From: Candidatus Hydrogenedentota bacterium
GTDB lineage: Bacteria; Hydrogenedentota; Hydrogenedentia; Hydrogenedentales; JAEUWI01
Assembly: GCA_034669905.1 (NCBI GenBank)
Contig: JAXMOL010000066.1
Coordinates: 1 to 40,313 of the forward strand
Reading direction: 5' to 3'
DNA length: 40,313 bases
Positions within the stretch are counted from its first letter, which is position 1. Each line of letters starts with the position of its first letter. Below the pieces are notes generated by a model that did not search any database, was not told the origin of the DNA, and saw only the letters and a list, made by a program, of their open reading frames with translations. The translations under genes and the position numbers were made by a program. Below are positions 28,915 through 38,190 of this stretch, in pieces.

Positions 28915-30534
28915 TCAGGACGGGTCGGATGCCGGTTTTTCCTGACGCAATGGGGTCTCATGATAGATGTGAAGGTCGCTCTGCGGGAAGGGAATGGAAA
29001 CGCCTGCCGCATCAAACTCTTCCTTCACTTTGCGCGTCACATCCCAATAGGTAGACCAGTAATCGTCGGTCTTCACCCAGGGACGCACAATGAAGTTCAC
29101 GGAGGAGTCGGCCAGTTCGTTTACGCGAATATTGGGTGCGGGGTCAGCAAGTACCGCCGGATGTTCGGCGATGATTTTCTCGAGTATTTCCTGAGCTTGG
29201 GCCATATCGTCGCCATAGCCAATACCGAAGACCATATCAATTCGCCGTTGGGACGTACCCGTTGCGTTGGTAATCACATCGCCCCAGATGGCGTTATTGG
29301 GTACGATAATTTTCTTATTGTCTCCCGTATTAATCGTGGTCGATACGAGATTGAGGGAGGCCACGCTTCCGGCCACCCCCGCCACTTCGACCCAGTCACC
29401 AACGTCAAAGGGCTTGAAGTAAAGAATCATGATACCGCTGGCAAAATTGCTCAACGTGCCCTGCAGCGCAAATGCCACCACAAAACCTGCCGCACCGATC
29501 ATGGCGAGGAGGGGTGCCGTATCGATCTCGAGGGCGGAAAGGGCAAAAACGAGCCCCACAGCCAGGACAATGCGTCGGACTGTAGTCGAGAGGAAGGCCC
29601 GCATCAGCTTACTGAGTTTCTTGTTGACCCGAAGGGTCCTATCCACAGCGCCGCCCGCGATACGGGACACGATCCATGCCCCAATAAGTATCAATACGAA
29701 CTGAATCATATTCCACGCAATACGCAGACCACCTTCTTCCGAAGTAAGCCATCCCACGACCGCAGCCTGGGTGGCCTCCTGATCCGATATGTCTACGTCA
29801 AAACCCGATACGGCCTTGATATAGTACTCGGCTTCGTCGGCGGCTCCCCCCTTCTCCTTCAGCGCATCCAGAACTAACTGAAGTCGCTCCACCAGCGCGG
29901 CGCGCTCAGTTCGCAGGGGCTTCAATTCTTCCAGGTTGGTGACTTTTACCTCCTGGTCGGCCGCAAGCTCCTGCTCCACCTGTTCCGCCGCCTTGGCCAG
30001 CCCTTCCTCGCCTTCCGCAACCGCTTTCTTCACCTCTTCGGCAATGTCCGGCGTATTGGCCTCGGCTATCGCGACCGCTTCCTGGACGGCTGCGCCGGCC
30101 GCAACGTCTTCAGTCGCAGAATTTTCCGAAGGCGCTTTCGACGGCGTTTCGCTGCTGTCCCCTGCCTTTTCGATGGCCTTCTTTGCATCACTGACGGCAT
30201 CTACTACCTCCTTTTTAACCGCAATCTGTGCGTTTTGCTGCTTTACGGCGATTTCCCGGGCGGCGATCTCGCGCACCTTGGCCTTCACCAGTTCCATCCA
30301 TGCGTTTTTCTCACTTGTGAGCTCGGTCACCGTCATGGGTTTCAGCATGAGGCTCAGCTCTTCGGTGGGCACCCGGGGATCGTCCGCCGTAACGGGGGCG
30401 GGCAGCTCGGCGGCCGGCTCGATGACGGTGTCACCCTGTGCACCCGCCAACGAAGCCAAACCCAATACGAGCATCGCGACCAACAGGCGCTGCACAACCA
30501 CGAAAAACACAGGGGGAGTTACGTTGTGATTCAT
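28915..30534 (-). CDS. mscS: Small-conductance mechanosensitive channel (MscS family) with long N-terminal extracytoplasmic coiled region
   Basis: GGAAAGGA RBS. GAAGFVVAFALQGTLSNFASG, KPFDVGDWV, VPNNAIW..ITN, RRIDMVFGIGY and GVSIPFPQ motifs. Confidence 0.9.
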   Translation of the reverse strand: MNHNVTPPVFFVVVQRLLVAMLVLGLASLAGAQGDTVIEPAAELPAPVTADDPRVPTEELSLMLKPMTVTELTSEKNAWMELVKAKVREIAAREIAVKQQNAQIAVKKEVVDAVSDAKKAIEKAGDSSETPSKAPSENSATEDVAAGAAVQEAVAIAEANTPDIAEEVKKAVAEGEEGLAKAAEQVEQELAADQEVKVTNLEELKPLRTERAALVERLQLVLDALKEKGGAADEAEYYIKAVSGFDVDISDQEATQAAVVGWLTSEEGGLRIAWNMIQFVLILIGAWIVSRIAGGAVDRTLRVNKKLSKLMRAFLSTTVRRIVLAVGLVFALSALEIDTAPLLAMIGAAGFVVAFALQGTLSNFASGIMILYFKPFDVGDWVEVAGVAGSVASLNLVSTTINTGDNKKIIVPNNAIWGDVITNATGTSQRRIDMVFGIGYGDDMAQAQEILEKIIAEHPAVLADPAPNIRVNELADSSVNFIVRPWVKTDDYWSTYWDVTRKVKEEFDAAGVSIPFPQSDLHIYHETPLRQEKPASDPS

Positions 30535-30750
30535 TGACGGTCCTTTCCAGACTCCAAACAGTAAACAACTCCGCGCTCCGGGGTTCATTTTACCGATACC
30601 CAACGCAAATAGAAAGTGTGCCCCGCTGCGCACCGAAAGCGCAGGCGAAAAGAGGTGAACGGCGGGCCCCCGAGAAAGCAATCGGGCGCGTCCCTGCCGC
30701 AATGGAGGGACGCACCCGTGTATAGGTTACGTATAGAGCGCGCTGTATGG

Positions 30751-33357
30751 CTAGACCACCGCGCGAACCCGTTCGGTTTTCAGGAGCGTGGCATCCTTGG
30801 TCACCTGGGTCTTGTCGGCCGCCATACCCAGCAGGGCCATAAGCTCTTTGGGCTTGGCCAGGCGACCGTTTTCGTCACAGGTGGTAAAGCGTATGGTCGC
30901 CTCATGGCCGTCCTGGCGCTTCACTTCCAAGGACGCAATCATGGGGCGAATATCTACTTCCGCCATGGTGCGTTGCTTGCCGCGGCTTTTCCAACCCCGC
31001 CCCTTCTTGGGCTTTTTCTGTTTAACCTTGCGCTCGACCAGGATTTCCTCCCGGGCCAGGAGTTCGGCCACCCGATCGGCGAGATCGAGAGGGGCATCGG
31101 TGGTCAGGAGGCTATAGGTAAACCCGTCTACCAGGCTCATAAGGGAATCCCCACGCAAGGGCATGGCCTGGTATTCAAAGGCGTGGAGTCCGGGCGGGAG
31201 CTTTTCCTGGATACGGGTAAAGAGCGCCGCTTCGTCCACTTCCTCTTTCAACATGACATCCATGTAGTCGCCGCGGCTGGCCTCACCCACCGGGCATGCG
31301 GTGGAAAAGGTTACTTTGGGCTGGGCGTGGAAGCCCTGGCTGTAGGCGATGGGCGCCTTGGCCCGGCGGAGGGTGCGGAACCAGGCGTCCTTCAATTCGA
31401 GATGGGACAGGAACCGGGCTTCGCCGCTGCGGCCGATTTTGAAGCGAATCCGCTGCACGGGGTCGGGCTGCTCGGTGAAATTGGGCGTGTAGCCCTCCCA
31501 CGTTTCGGCTTCCTTGATATGCCCGGCCTTCTGCTTTTTCAGCATGGTCTTACACAGTTCCCGCTCGCGGTAGATGACACCACACAGGTGACACTTGCCG
31601 GCGCGGCAGTCCTGGGCGTATTTCAGCTCCATGGCGTTCTGCCAGTCTTTCTGGAACCACTCTTTGGGAATGAGGATATCGATGTGATCCCAGGGAAGGC
31701 GTTCATGGACATCCCGCTCGCGGAACTGTCCGGCCACATCGTAGTTCACATCCTCGATGGCCTTTTCCCAGGCCCGGAAGTTTACAAACTCTTCCCACGT
31801 TTCCAGCCTGGCGCCATTTTTCCAGGCCGCTTCAATCAGGTCCGCACCCCGCCGATCGGCACGGGTCAGGAGCCCTTCGATGAAGGAAGTCTTCGCTTCG
31901 TGACGACCAAACTTAATATCCCGTTGTCCGCGAAACCGGTCGGACAGAATGTTCTGTTTGCGGTAGGTTTCCTCGACCGTAATCTGCTCCGCCCACTGAA
32001 AGGGGGTGAAGGGCTTGGGAATAAAGGTGGAGACACCGGTCCGAACGCCCGCCCGGGGATTAATCTTCTTCCCTTCGCGCACGGTGCGGATGGTCAAATT
32101 GGCGATGGCCTCCACGTCTTCATCCCGCTCGGTGGGCAGGCCAATCATGAAGTAGGTCTTCACATGGTCCCATCCCCTGCTGTAGGCCTGGGCGGACATG
32201 GTAAGCAACTCTTCGTCGGGGATAAATTTATTGATGACCGCGCGCATACGGGGCGAAGCGGCTTCGGGGGCAAAGGTCAGCCCGCTGCGGCGCACGCCTG
32301 CCACCATATCGGACAGTTCCACCGCGTAGGAGTCGAGACGCAGCGAGGGCAGGGAAATGGACACGTTGTCCTTGTGCCCTTTGTCCGCCGCCATCTTAAC
32401 GAGGGTGCGGGGCATGGAGAAGTCGCAGGTGGAGAGGGAGATGAGGGACACGGCATCGAAGCCCGTGTTGTCGAGGGTCTTCTCCATCAAGGTATCAATA
32501 TTATCGATGCTCCGCTCGCGCACAGGGCGGGTCACCATACCGGCCTGGCAGAAGCGGCAGCCCTGGGTGCAACCCCGGAGCACTTCCAGCCCCGCGCCAT
32601 CGTGGACGAGGGCGGCGTTGGGCACGATGTAGTTGGTGGGATAGTCGGCCCCATCCATGTCTTTCACGAGGCGCTTCACGATTTTGGGCGCGTCTTCCTT
32701 GGGAAGAATCTGGCCGTCGGGCATGGTTTCAAAGGGGTAGAGTTCGGGAACATAGACCCCTTCGAGTTGCGCCATGGCTTCGAGCTTTTCGAGACGCGTA
32801 GCGTCTTTCAAGGTCCGCATCAGGGCCGCGATTTCCATCATGGCATCTTCGCCATCGCCAATGACGAAAAAGTCAATGAAGGGTGCGATGGGCTCAGGAT
32901 TGAAGACCGCCGGACCGCCCGCGAAGATGAGGGGCATGGAATCGTCTCGATCCGCACTGCGAATCGGCAGGCCCGCGAGATCGAGGGCATTCACGATATT
33001 GGTGAAGGTCAACTCCGACTGAAGGGTAAATCCGATCATGTCGGCGGCCGTGAGTGGATCTTTGGACTCAAGCATGAAGAGGGGGAGCTCGCGCTCACGA
33101 AGAATTTTCTCCATGTCGATACCCGGCGTATAGCCCCGTTCCGCCCATACCCAGTCCAATCGATTCATCTGGGCATAGAGGATGTGGAGCCCCAGATTGC
33201 CCAGTCCCAGCTCATAGAGATCGGGGAAGAAGAAGCAGATGCGCAACTCCACTTCCGCAGGATCTTTCTGGGTGCTGTTCAGCTCGTTTCCGAGGTAGCG
33301 CGAGGGCTTTTCGACCTGGGCGAGTATTTCAGTATCAAGGACGTGGCGAAGATTCAT
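30751..33357 (-). CDS. TIGR03960-type B12-binding radical SAM protein fused to TIGR03936/DUF2344-like domain
   Basis: VEKPSRYLGNE, FPDLYELG, radical SAM motif RGCTQGCRFCQAG, GLTFAPEAAS and YFMIGLPTE. C-terminal RFLSHLEL..RRAKAPIAYSQGFHAQPK. Confidence 0.92.
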   Translation of the reverse strand: MNLRHVLDTEILAQVEKPSRYLGNELNSTQKDPAEVELRICFFFPDLYELGLGNLGLHILYAQMNRLDWVWAERGYTPGIDMEKILRERELPLFMLESKDPLTAADMIGFTLQSELTFTNIVNALDLAGLPIRSADRDDSMPLIFAGGPAVFNPEPIAPFIDFFVIGDGEDAMMEIAALMRTLKDATRLEKLEAMAQLEGVYVPELYPFETMPDGQILPKEDAPKIVKRLVKDMDGADYPTNYIVPNAALVHDGAGLEVLRGCTQGCRFCQAGMVTRPVRERSIDNIDTLMEKTLDNTGFDAVSLISLSTCDFSMPRTLVKMAADKGHKDNVSISLPSLRLDSYAVELSDMVAGVRRSGLTFAPEAASPRMRAVINKFIPDEELLTMSAQAYSRGWDHVKTYFMIGLPTERDEDVEAIANLTIRTVREGKKINPRAGVRTGVSTFIPKPFTPFQWAEQITVEETYRKQNILSDRFRGQRDIKFGRHEAKTSFIEGLLTRADRRGADLIEAAWKNGARLETWEEFVNFRAWEKAIEDVNYDVAGQFRERDVHERLPWDHIDILIPKEWFQKDWQNAMELKYAQDCRAGKCHLCGVIYRERELCKTMLKKQKAGHIKEAETWEGYTPNFTEQPDPVQRIRFKIGRSGEARFLSHLELKDAWFRTLRRAKAPIAYSQGFHAQPKVTFSTACPVGEASRGDYMDVMLKEEVDEAALFTRIQEKLPPGLHAFEYQAMPLRGDSLMSLVDGFTYSLLTTDAPLDLADRVAELLAREEILVERKVKQKKPKKGRGWKSRGKQRTMAEVDIRPMIASLEVKRQDGHEATIRFTTCDENGRLAKPKELMALLGMAADKTQVTKDATLLKTERVRAVV

Positions 33358-33513
33358 GGGTGGCGGAAACCTTTTCGAAAAACGGTGGGGTATACAACTC
33401 TCCCTTCGGTAACAGCCGAGAGGGAGAGGGTATTCCAGAAAGGTTTGTCTATTGTACCCGCAAAGCCCCGCTTAGTGCGAATTCATGCCCTGTTTTGCCC
33501 CGTCGTTTGCGGC

Positions 33514-33726
33514 CTAGCCGCTGGCCCCATTGCTTTGCCAAAGCAGGGTTTCTTCCGAGTCGTAAAGGAGGGCCTTTCGGCATCCCGCTTCTTCCGCCGC
33601 TTCCCGTACCTGAACGATGAGCTCTTCCTGGTACCACTCCCGAAGCGGGCGCATGGGCTGATGCCACATGCGGCTCTGGCTCTGATCCATGACGTGGATG
33701 TGGAGCGAATGACTTCGTGCGTTCAC
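33514..33726 (-). CDS. Small hypothetical protein (70 aa)
   Basis: GAAGGA RBS before GTG 33726. The C-terminal part of track ORF 33514..33909 (MNARSHSLHIHVMDQ...WYQEELIVQVREAAEEAGCRKALLYDSEETLLWQS) looks globular. Confidence 0.55.
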   Translation of the reverse strand: MNARSHSLHIHVMDQSQSRMWHQPMRPLREWYQEELIVQVREAAEEAGCRKALLYDSEETLLWQSNGASG

Positions 33727-34142
33727 ACCTGTAATCCTTCTGCACACGTTTTTCGCGCACACTACCTGCGAAAAACACCCTTCTGCAGATCCACAACCTG
33801 CCAGTGCTGCGGATCTACCCCCTGATGCTGTGCGGAAAAACCCAAGTCCCCGAAACAGCCAGAGTATGATCGCTATGATAGCACTCCCGCCCGACAATTG
33901 CGAGTCCAATTTCCGGGCCGTCGGTACGCTCCGTTCCGGAGCACCCCCCTTTCCCCCGCGCCGACCACCGGAACTTATTAGTCACGCCTGACACACCCTA
34001 TGAGAATCCCGAGAACACCAATCAATTTACCACCCCACAATTACTCACTACTGAACACTTTTACCCCTCGTATTTTACATTTATTTATATTTTTCTCAGT
34101 ATTCACCCCGTAGTTGTTTATAAATTACGTTGGTACCTATGT

Positions 34143-34158
34143 TGGCCTGACTATTGCT
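34143..34158 (+). promoter_or_regulatory. Sigma54 (-24/-12) promoter of the PEP-CTERM gene
   Basis: TGGCCTGACTATTGCT matches TGGC-N7-TTGCW. It is preceded by an AT-rich tract (about 34070-34130) and lies about 105 nt before the ATG. Confidence 0.75.
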
Positions 34159-34262
34159 TCCAAAATGTAACACCGACTGCCGGTGTAGCGGCAAGTGGGT
34201 TGGGTCAAATCCAGCACACTTGCAAGGATCGCAGGCAACTCAAAAAAAAAAGGAGCTCCAAA

Positions 34263-34952
34263 ATGAGAACACTGAAATCCGCCCTTCTGGCTGGCCTCGT
34301 CACGGCGAGCGTAGGCATCGCTGGCAGTGCCAGCGCCACCCTACTGACCTTCGACCTGAACAACATTGGGAACTTTGTGGTCATCAACCAGAATTACGGA
34401 GACCGTGTCACGGCCCTCTCCGATTCGGTGGGGTCCTATGGTGAATTGGGAGAAGGTTTCACCGGCAACGTGGTGGCCGATTTTGGCACCGTGGATCCTT
34501 CCCTGTGGACCACGGGCTACAGCGACCTGACCAACGTCTTCTTCGACGATGCGGACAATCAGGGCCCGCTGGAACTGGTGCTGACAGCTGATGCAGGCTT
34601 CAGCGTCCAACTCTTTGACTTTGATCTGGGCGCCTATGGGGACAATCGTACCGTCAACTCGGTCCGTGTTACCAACGAAAACAATGACCTCCTTTTCGAA
34701 TCGCTTGGGGACACGATCCTGGGTACCACCCACAGCGACTACACCTTCACCAGCCCCCTGGTGGGTCAAAGCCTTCGCATTACCATCGACCAGACCAATC
34801 TCGGCTCTGCCTCGGACGATGTGGCGCTGGACAATGTGCGCTTCGGGCAGATCGAAAGTGTGACGGCCCCCGTACCGGAGCCTGCCACGATGACCTTGCT
34901 CGGCATGGGTATTGCCGCCATGGCCGCCCGCAGCCGTCGCCGCAAGGCCTGA
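34263..34952 (+). CDS. PEP-CTERM sorting-domain protein
   Basis: AGGAG RBS and signal peptide (..AGSASA). C-terminus VPEPATMTLLGMGIAAMAARSRRRKA. Confidence 0.93.
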   Translation: MRTLKSALLAGLVTASVGIAGSASATLLTFDLNNIGNFVVINQNYGDRVTALSDSVGSYGELGEGFTGNVVADFGTVDPSLWTTGYSDLTNVFFDDADNQGPLELVLTADAGFSVQLFDFDLGAYGDNRTVNSVRVTNENNDLLFESLGDTILGTTHSDYTFTSPLVGQSLRITIDQTNLGSASDDVALDNVRFGQIESVTAPVPEPATMTLLGMGIAAMAARSRRRKA

Positions 34953-34998
34953 TAGTATGGCACAGTGCCGGTCAATGGACCGGAGATAAACCCCAGTC

Positions 34999-35044
34999 AG
35001 CCCCGCATCGTGTTTCCCAACCCGTGCGGGGCTTTCTGTATTTT
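34999..35044 (+). terminator. Rho-independent terminator after PEP-CTERM gene
   Basis: AGCCCCGCA...TGCGGGGCT followed by TTCTGTATTTT. Confidence 0.65.
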
Positions 35045-35098
35045 CTAAGGAGATGGTGATGCACCCGGCTGCAGCCTGTGGCCGGGGCCCATGAGTCG

Positions 35099-36631
35099 CT
35101 ACTCCGCCTTCACACGGGCATCATATTGGGCAGCATGCAAATTTTCAGGGTGGACGGGCTCCCCGTTGACATGCTCGTACCAACGCTTCCCGGCTTCCAT
35201 GGATGGCGCTACGCTCATTGGGACGCCCACCAGATTGAGGGACCAGGGCCCGAAGTTGTTGTTGGGCGGCGTCACGGGGCTGTCGGAGCGAATGTTCCAG
35301 AAGGTCCCGCGGGCACCGCAGTGGGCACCGAGGTCTTGTCCGCCACCGCAGCGCCAGATTCGCGCCCCCTTACCGACGTGTAAATTGGTGAAGAGGTTTT
35401 CGTAGGGTGCACGACGGTGATGATCAAGGGAGAGATCGATGCCCCGCCCATTGGAGAAAACATTGCCGGCGCAACGACTGACCGTCAGGTCATGGATGAA
35501 GGCACACTGAAAGTCAAAATCGGTAATGAGGTTGTCGTCCCCACTGGCCTCGATACCATGGTGTCCCACCGACTGGCGGTTCTTGTCGGCTTGCCGCTCA
35601 GAGGTTATCACCACGCCACTAACGGTGTTGAAGGTACCCCGGACGAATCCGCCGCTGTCCCCATTGTGTACCCGAATGTCACGCACCCAACAGTGCATGG
35701 CCCGCTGGATGGCGAAGGCATTGAATCCGAGCTCTGTAAAATGGCCTTGGTAGGGGGTGTTGGGAAACGCGAAGCCAAGCCCCTCCACGCCCGACTCGGT
35801 CACCTCTACCTCCAGACGATTTAAGGTCGGCTTCCACTCGGTGCGCAGGTCGAATCGGAGGGGCCGATCGAGGGTGAGTTGGTCACCGTCGATGGCCACG
35901 ATTCGTGCGATAAGCGCAGCGTCGGTGCGCCCGCGAATCTTGTCTACCGGGGTGCGGGGATCATCACTATAGAGCTGGACGGCGAGCGAGTTGGTCTCGT
36001 TATCCACTTGCCGGAGCTCGACGGTTTCCCCGACGACGAGGGAGTCGGCGGACTCCACCGTGATCTGCCGGTCACCCCGCTTCGCCGTGGGGCGAAGGAG
36101 CGTCACCGCATTTCGCGTCATTTTTCCCCCGATGGCAATGAAGCCCCCCGACCAGGAATAGTTGGACGTACGCTGCCCCCCGGTTGTCGCCCCCCAATTG
36201 GGCTCAATGTCGTTCAGGGGCACAGAGATCGTAAAGACACTCTTTTCCGGACCCGCACCGCGCAGCACCACGTTGGGCGTGTCGATACGGAGGATTTTCG
36301 AGATACGATAGCGGCCCTCGGGCACCCACAGCACGCCCGATTCCATGGCCGCGAGGGCCGCCAGAAAGGCATCGCTGTCATCGGCCACGCCATCCCCCAC
36401 CGCCCCAAAGTCACGCACGTTGTGGGTGACCGGGGGCGTTGGAATGGGGTCTTCACCGCGATGGTACCCGGCAAAAGAAAAGTCGGGCAAACGGCTTCGG
36501 GGGGTCCAGGCTTCGCCTTTTGCTCCCCAGAGGACGGAGGTGCGCGGGGCGGAAGACTCCTGCGCACCACAGAGACTACTTGCCACCAACAGGCAGGTAG
36601 TCAGACCAAGAACACGCAGGCTTCGCCCCAT
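35099..36631 (-). CDS. Secreted right-handed beta-helix protein (pectate lyase superfamily / GH28-related N-terminus)
   Basis: Signal peptide. LPDFSFAGY, NVRDFGAVGDGVADDSDAF..A, LWVPEGRY, VVLRGAG and NCW-like HCWVRDI beta-helix turns. Confidence 0.85.
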   Translation of the reverse strand: MGRSLRVLGLTTCLLVASSLCGAQESSAPRTSVLWGAKGEAWTPRSRLPDFSFAGYHRGEDPIPTPPVTHNVRDFGAVGDGVADDSDAFLAALAAMESGVLWVPEGRYRISKILRIDTPNVVLRGAGPEKSVFTISVPLNDIEPNWGATTGGQRTSNYSWSGGFIAIGGKMTRNAVTLLRPTAKRGDRQITVESADSLVVGETVELRQVDNETNSLAVQLYSDDPRTPVDKIRGRTDAALIARIVAIDGDQLTLDRPLRFDLRTEWKPTLNRLEVEVTESGVEGLGFAFPNTPYQGHFTELGFNAFAIQRAMHCWVRDIRVHNGDSGGFVRGTFNTVSGVVITSERQADKNRQSVGHHGIEASGDDNLITDFDFQCAFIHDLTVSRCAGNVFSNGRGIDLSLDHHRRAPYENLFTNLHVGKGARIWRCGGGQDLGAHCGARGTFWNIRSDSPVTPPNNNFGPWSLNLVGVPMSVAPSMEAGKRWYEHVNGEPVHPENLHAAQYDARVKAE

Positions 36632-36653
36632 TGCTTAATCTCCCCGGTAGTGC

Positions 36654-37313
36654 TTACTCCTCGGGCTTGGATATGGCCTTGGAGAGTCTCAGTTGTTTCC
36701 GAATGTCTTCCTGAATCTCTTCAGGCGACAGACTTCCGTCAGTCTTGATAACGAGCTCCTTATGGCGGAACAGGTCGAGCAACGGAGCCGTTTTTTCGTG
36801 GTAGTCGGCGATACGTTTCCGGATGGCCGCTTCGTTGTCGTCTTCGCGGGTAATCAACTTCCCTTTGCAGACGTCGCATTGGTCCGAGACCCGGGGACGG
36901 TGCTGAATCAGGTTATAGTCGAGTCCACATTCACTGCAGAGACGACGAGAGAGAACCCGCTCCATGACCACTTCATCAGACACGTCGATATGGATGACGG
37001 CGTCGATATCGTAGCTTTCCAGGAAAAACTGGGCCTGGCGGTGACTGCGCGGGAAACCATCGAGGATAAAGCCGTAGTTCCAGTCGTGCTCGCTGAGACG
37101 CTGGCGGATTACCTCCTCCACCACCTCATCGGGCACGAGGTTACCTTCATTGATGATACGCCGTACCTGGGCCGCCAGCTTGGTGTGGTTTTGGATGTTC
37201 CAGCGAAAAATATCGCCGACACTGATGTGGGTCAATTCATAGTCGCGGGCCAACATGATGGCCTGCGTACCCTTACCACAACCCTGAACGCCCATAATTA
37301 CGTATTTATGCAT
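36654..37313 (-). CDS. adk: Adenylate kinase (zinc-lid type)
   Basis: GVQGCGKGTQA P-loop, HISVGDIFR, GNLVPD, GFILDGFPR, lid C-x2-C...C-x2-C and REDD. Confidence 0.9.
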   Translation of the reverse strand: MHKYVIMGVQGCGKGTQAIMLARDYELTHISVGDIFRWNIQNHTKLAAQVRRIINEGNLVPDEVVEEVIRQRLSEHDWNYGFILDGFPRSHRQAQFFLESYDIDAVIHIDVSDEVVMERVLSRRLCSECGLDYNLIQHRPRVSDQCDVCKGKLITREDDNEAAIRKRIADYHEKTAPLLDLFRHKELVIKTDGSLSPEEIQEDIRKQLRLSKAISKPEE

Positions 37314-37470
37314 TGGCTAAGATCTTTATGATGTTTTGCTGCCGAGACAGCCCTTCTCCCACAGGGTGTAAACCCCGTACAATCCGCGCACCCCGTGGCG
37401 CGCCATTCCCCGACAGTAAGGATCGCACCATCGCTACCGATGGCATACCCGTCTATATGGCCTAAAACTA

Positions 37471-37479
37471 TGCTATGAT
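37471..37479 (+). promoter_or_regulatory. Putative extended -10 element (TGCTATGAT)
   Basis: Same 9-mer as 7005-7013, about 100 nt upstream of the CPBP gene. Confidence 0.35.
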
Positions 37480-37578
37480 GGGCCCCTGAGATGCAAGTTT
37501 CTCTCGTAACGCCGTCAGGAAGAAGATTTCGGCTGCCCTTCACAGGGGAAGCGATAGAGCAGACAGGGGCCCAATGCG

Positions 37579-38190
37579 TTGACCGACACACCCTACACCC
37601 CCCGAGCAAGTGCGCCATCACGGCAGCATCTGGCGCTTCTAACGCTAGGTATCGAAGGAGGCATGCTACTTATTGGCCTGCTCTTGTGCTGGCTGACAGG
37701 GCCAGACCTTCGGGAACAGTGTTTCCTCTCTTTTTCGGCCGCATTCCAGGGCGCGCTCTGGGGCCTTCTCCTGCTCGCCGTGGTCGTGCTCGTGACGGAT
37801 GCCCCCATGAGTCCCTTCGCAAGCCTGCAGGAGGATATGGAACAACTCCGTACGCTCTTCCGAGCGGCAAAACCGGTGGACTTCCTTTTCATGTCGCTCA
37901 TGGCCGGGGTGGGCGAGGAAGTCCTCTTTCGGGGCTACCTTCTCCATCACGCCAGCACCTGGCTGGGGGTTCCCCTGGGTTTGGCCCTGAGTTCCCTGCT
38001 CTTTGGACTGGTCCACGCCCTCTCGCTGGCCTATGTAATTTTCGCAAGCGCATTGGGGCTGGCCCTGGGACTGCTCTATCTCTGGAGTGGCAACCTGCTG
38101 GTTCCCATCGTGGCCCACGGGGTCTATGACGTGGCGGCACTCTGGTACCTGGTTCGACTTCGCCGGGGGACAGCGAGGCAAATACCATGA
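37579..38190 (+). CDS. CPBP family (CAAX protease/Abi) intramembrane glutamic protease
   Basis: Multi-TM protein with GVGEEVLFRG, FGLVH and H-x3-D (AHGVYD) motifs. Confidence 0.9.
   Translation: MTDTPYTPRASAPSRQHLALLTLGIEGGMLLIGLLLCWLTGPDLREQCFLSFSAAFQGALWGLLLLAVVVLVTDAPMSPFASLQEDMEQLRTLFRAAKPVDFLFMSLMAGVGEEVLFRGYLLHHASTWLGVPLGLALSSLLFGLVHALSLAYVIFASALGLALGLLYLWSGNLLVPIVAHGVYDVAALWYLVRLRRGTARQIP

Noticed and set aside
28047..29877. 335-aa and 439-aa plus-strand ORFs
   Set aside because: Antisense shadows of the deacetylase and MscS genes.
30616..33825. 1069-aa plus-strand ORF
   Set aside because: Antisense shadow of the radical SAM gene with no recognisable motifs. Such shadows are common in GC-rich DNA.
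34165..34240. c-di-GMP riboswitch in the PEP-CTERM 5' UTR
   Set aside because: Two hairpins are present, but the GEMM consensus (GGCAAA..GAAA tetraloop and receptor) is not matched.
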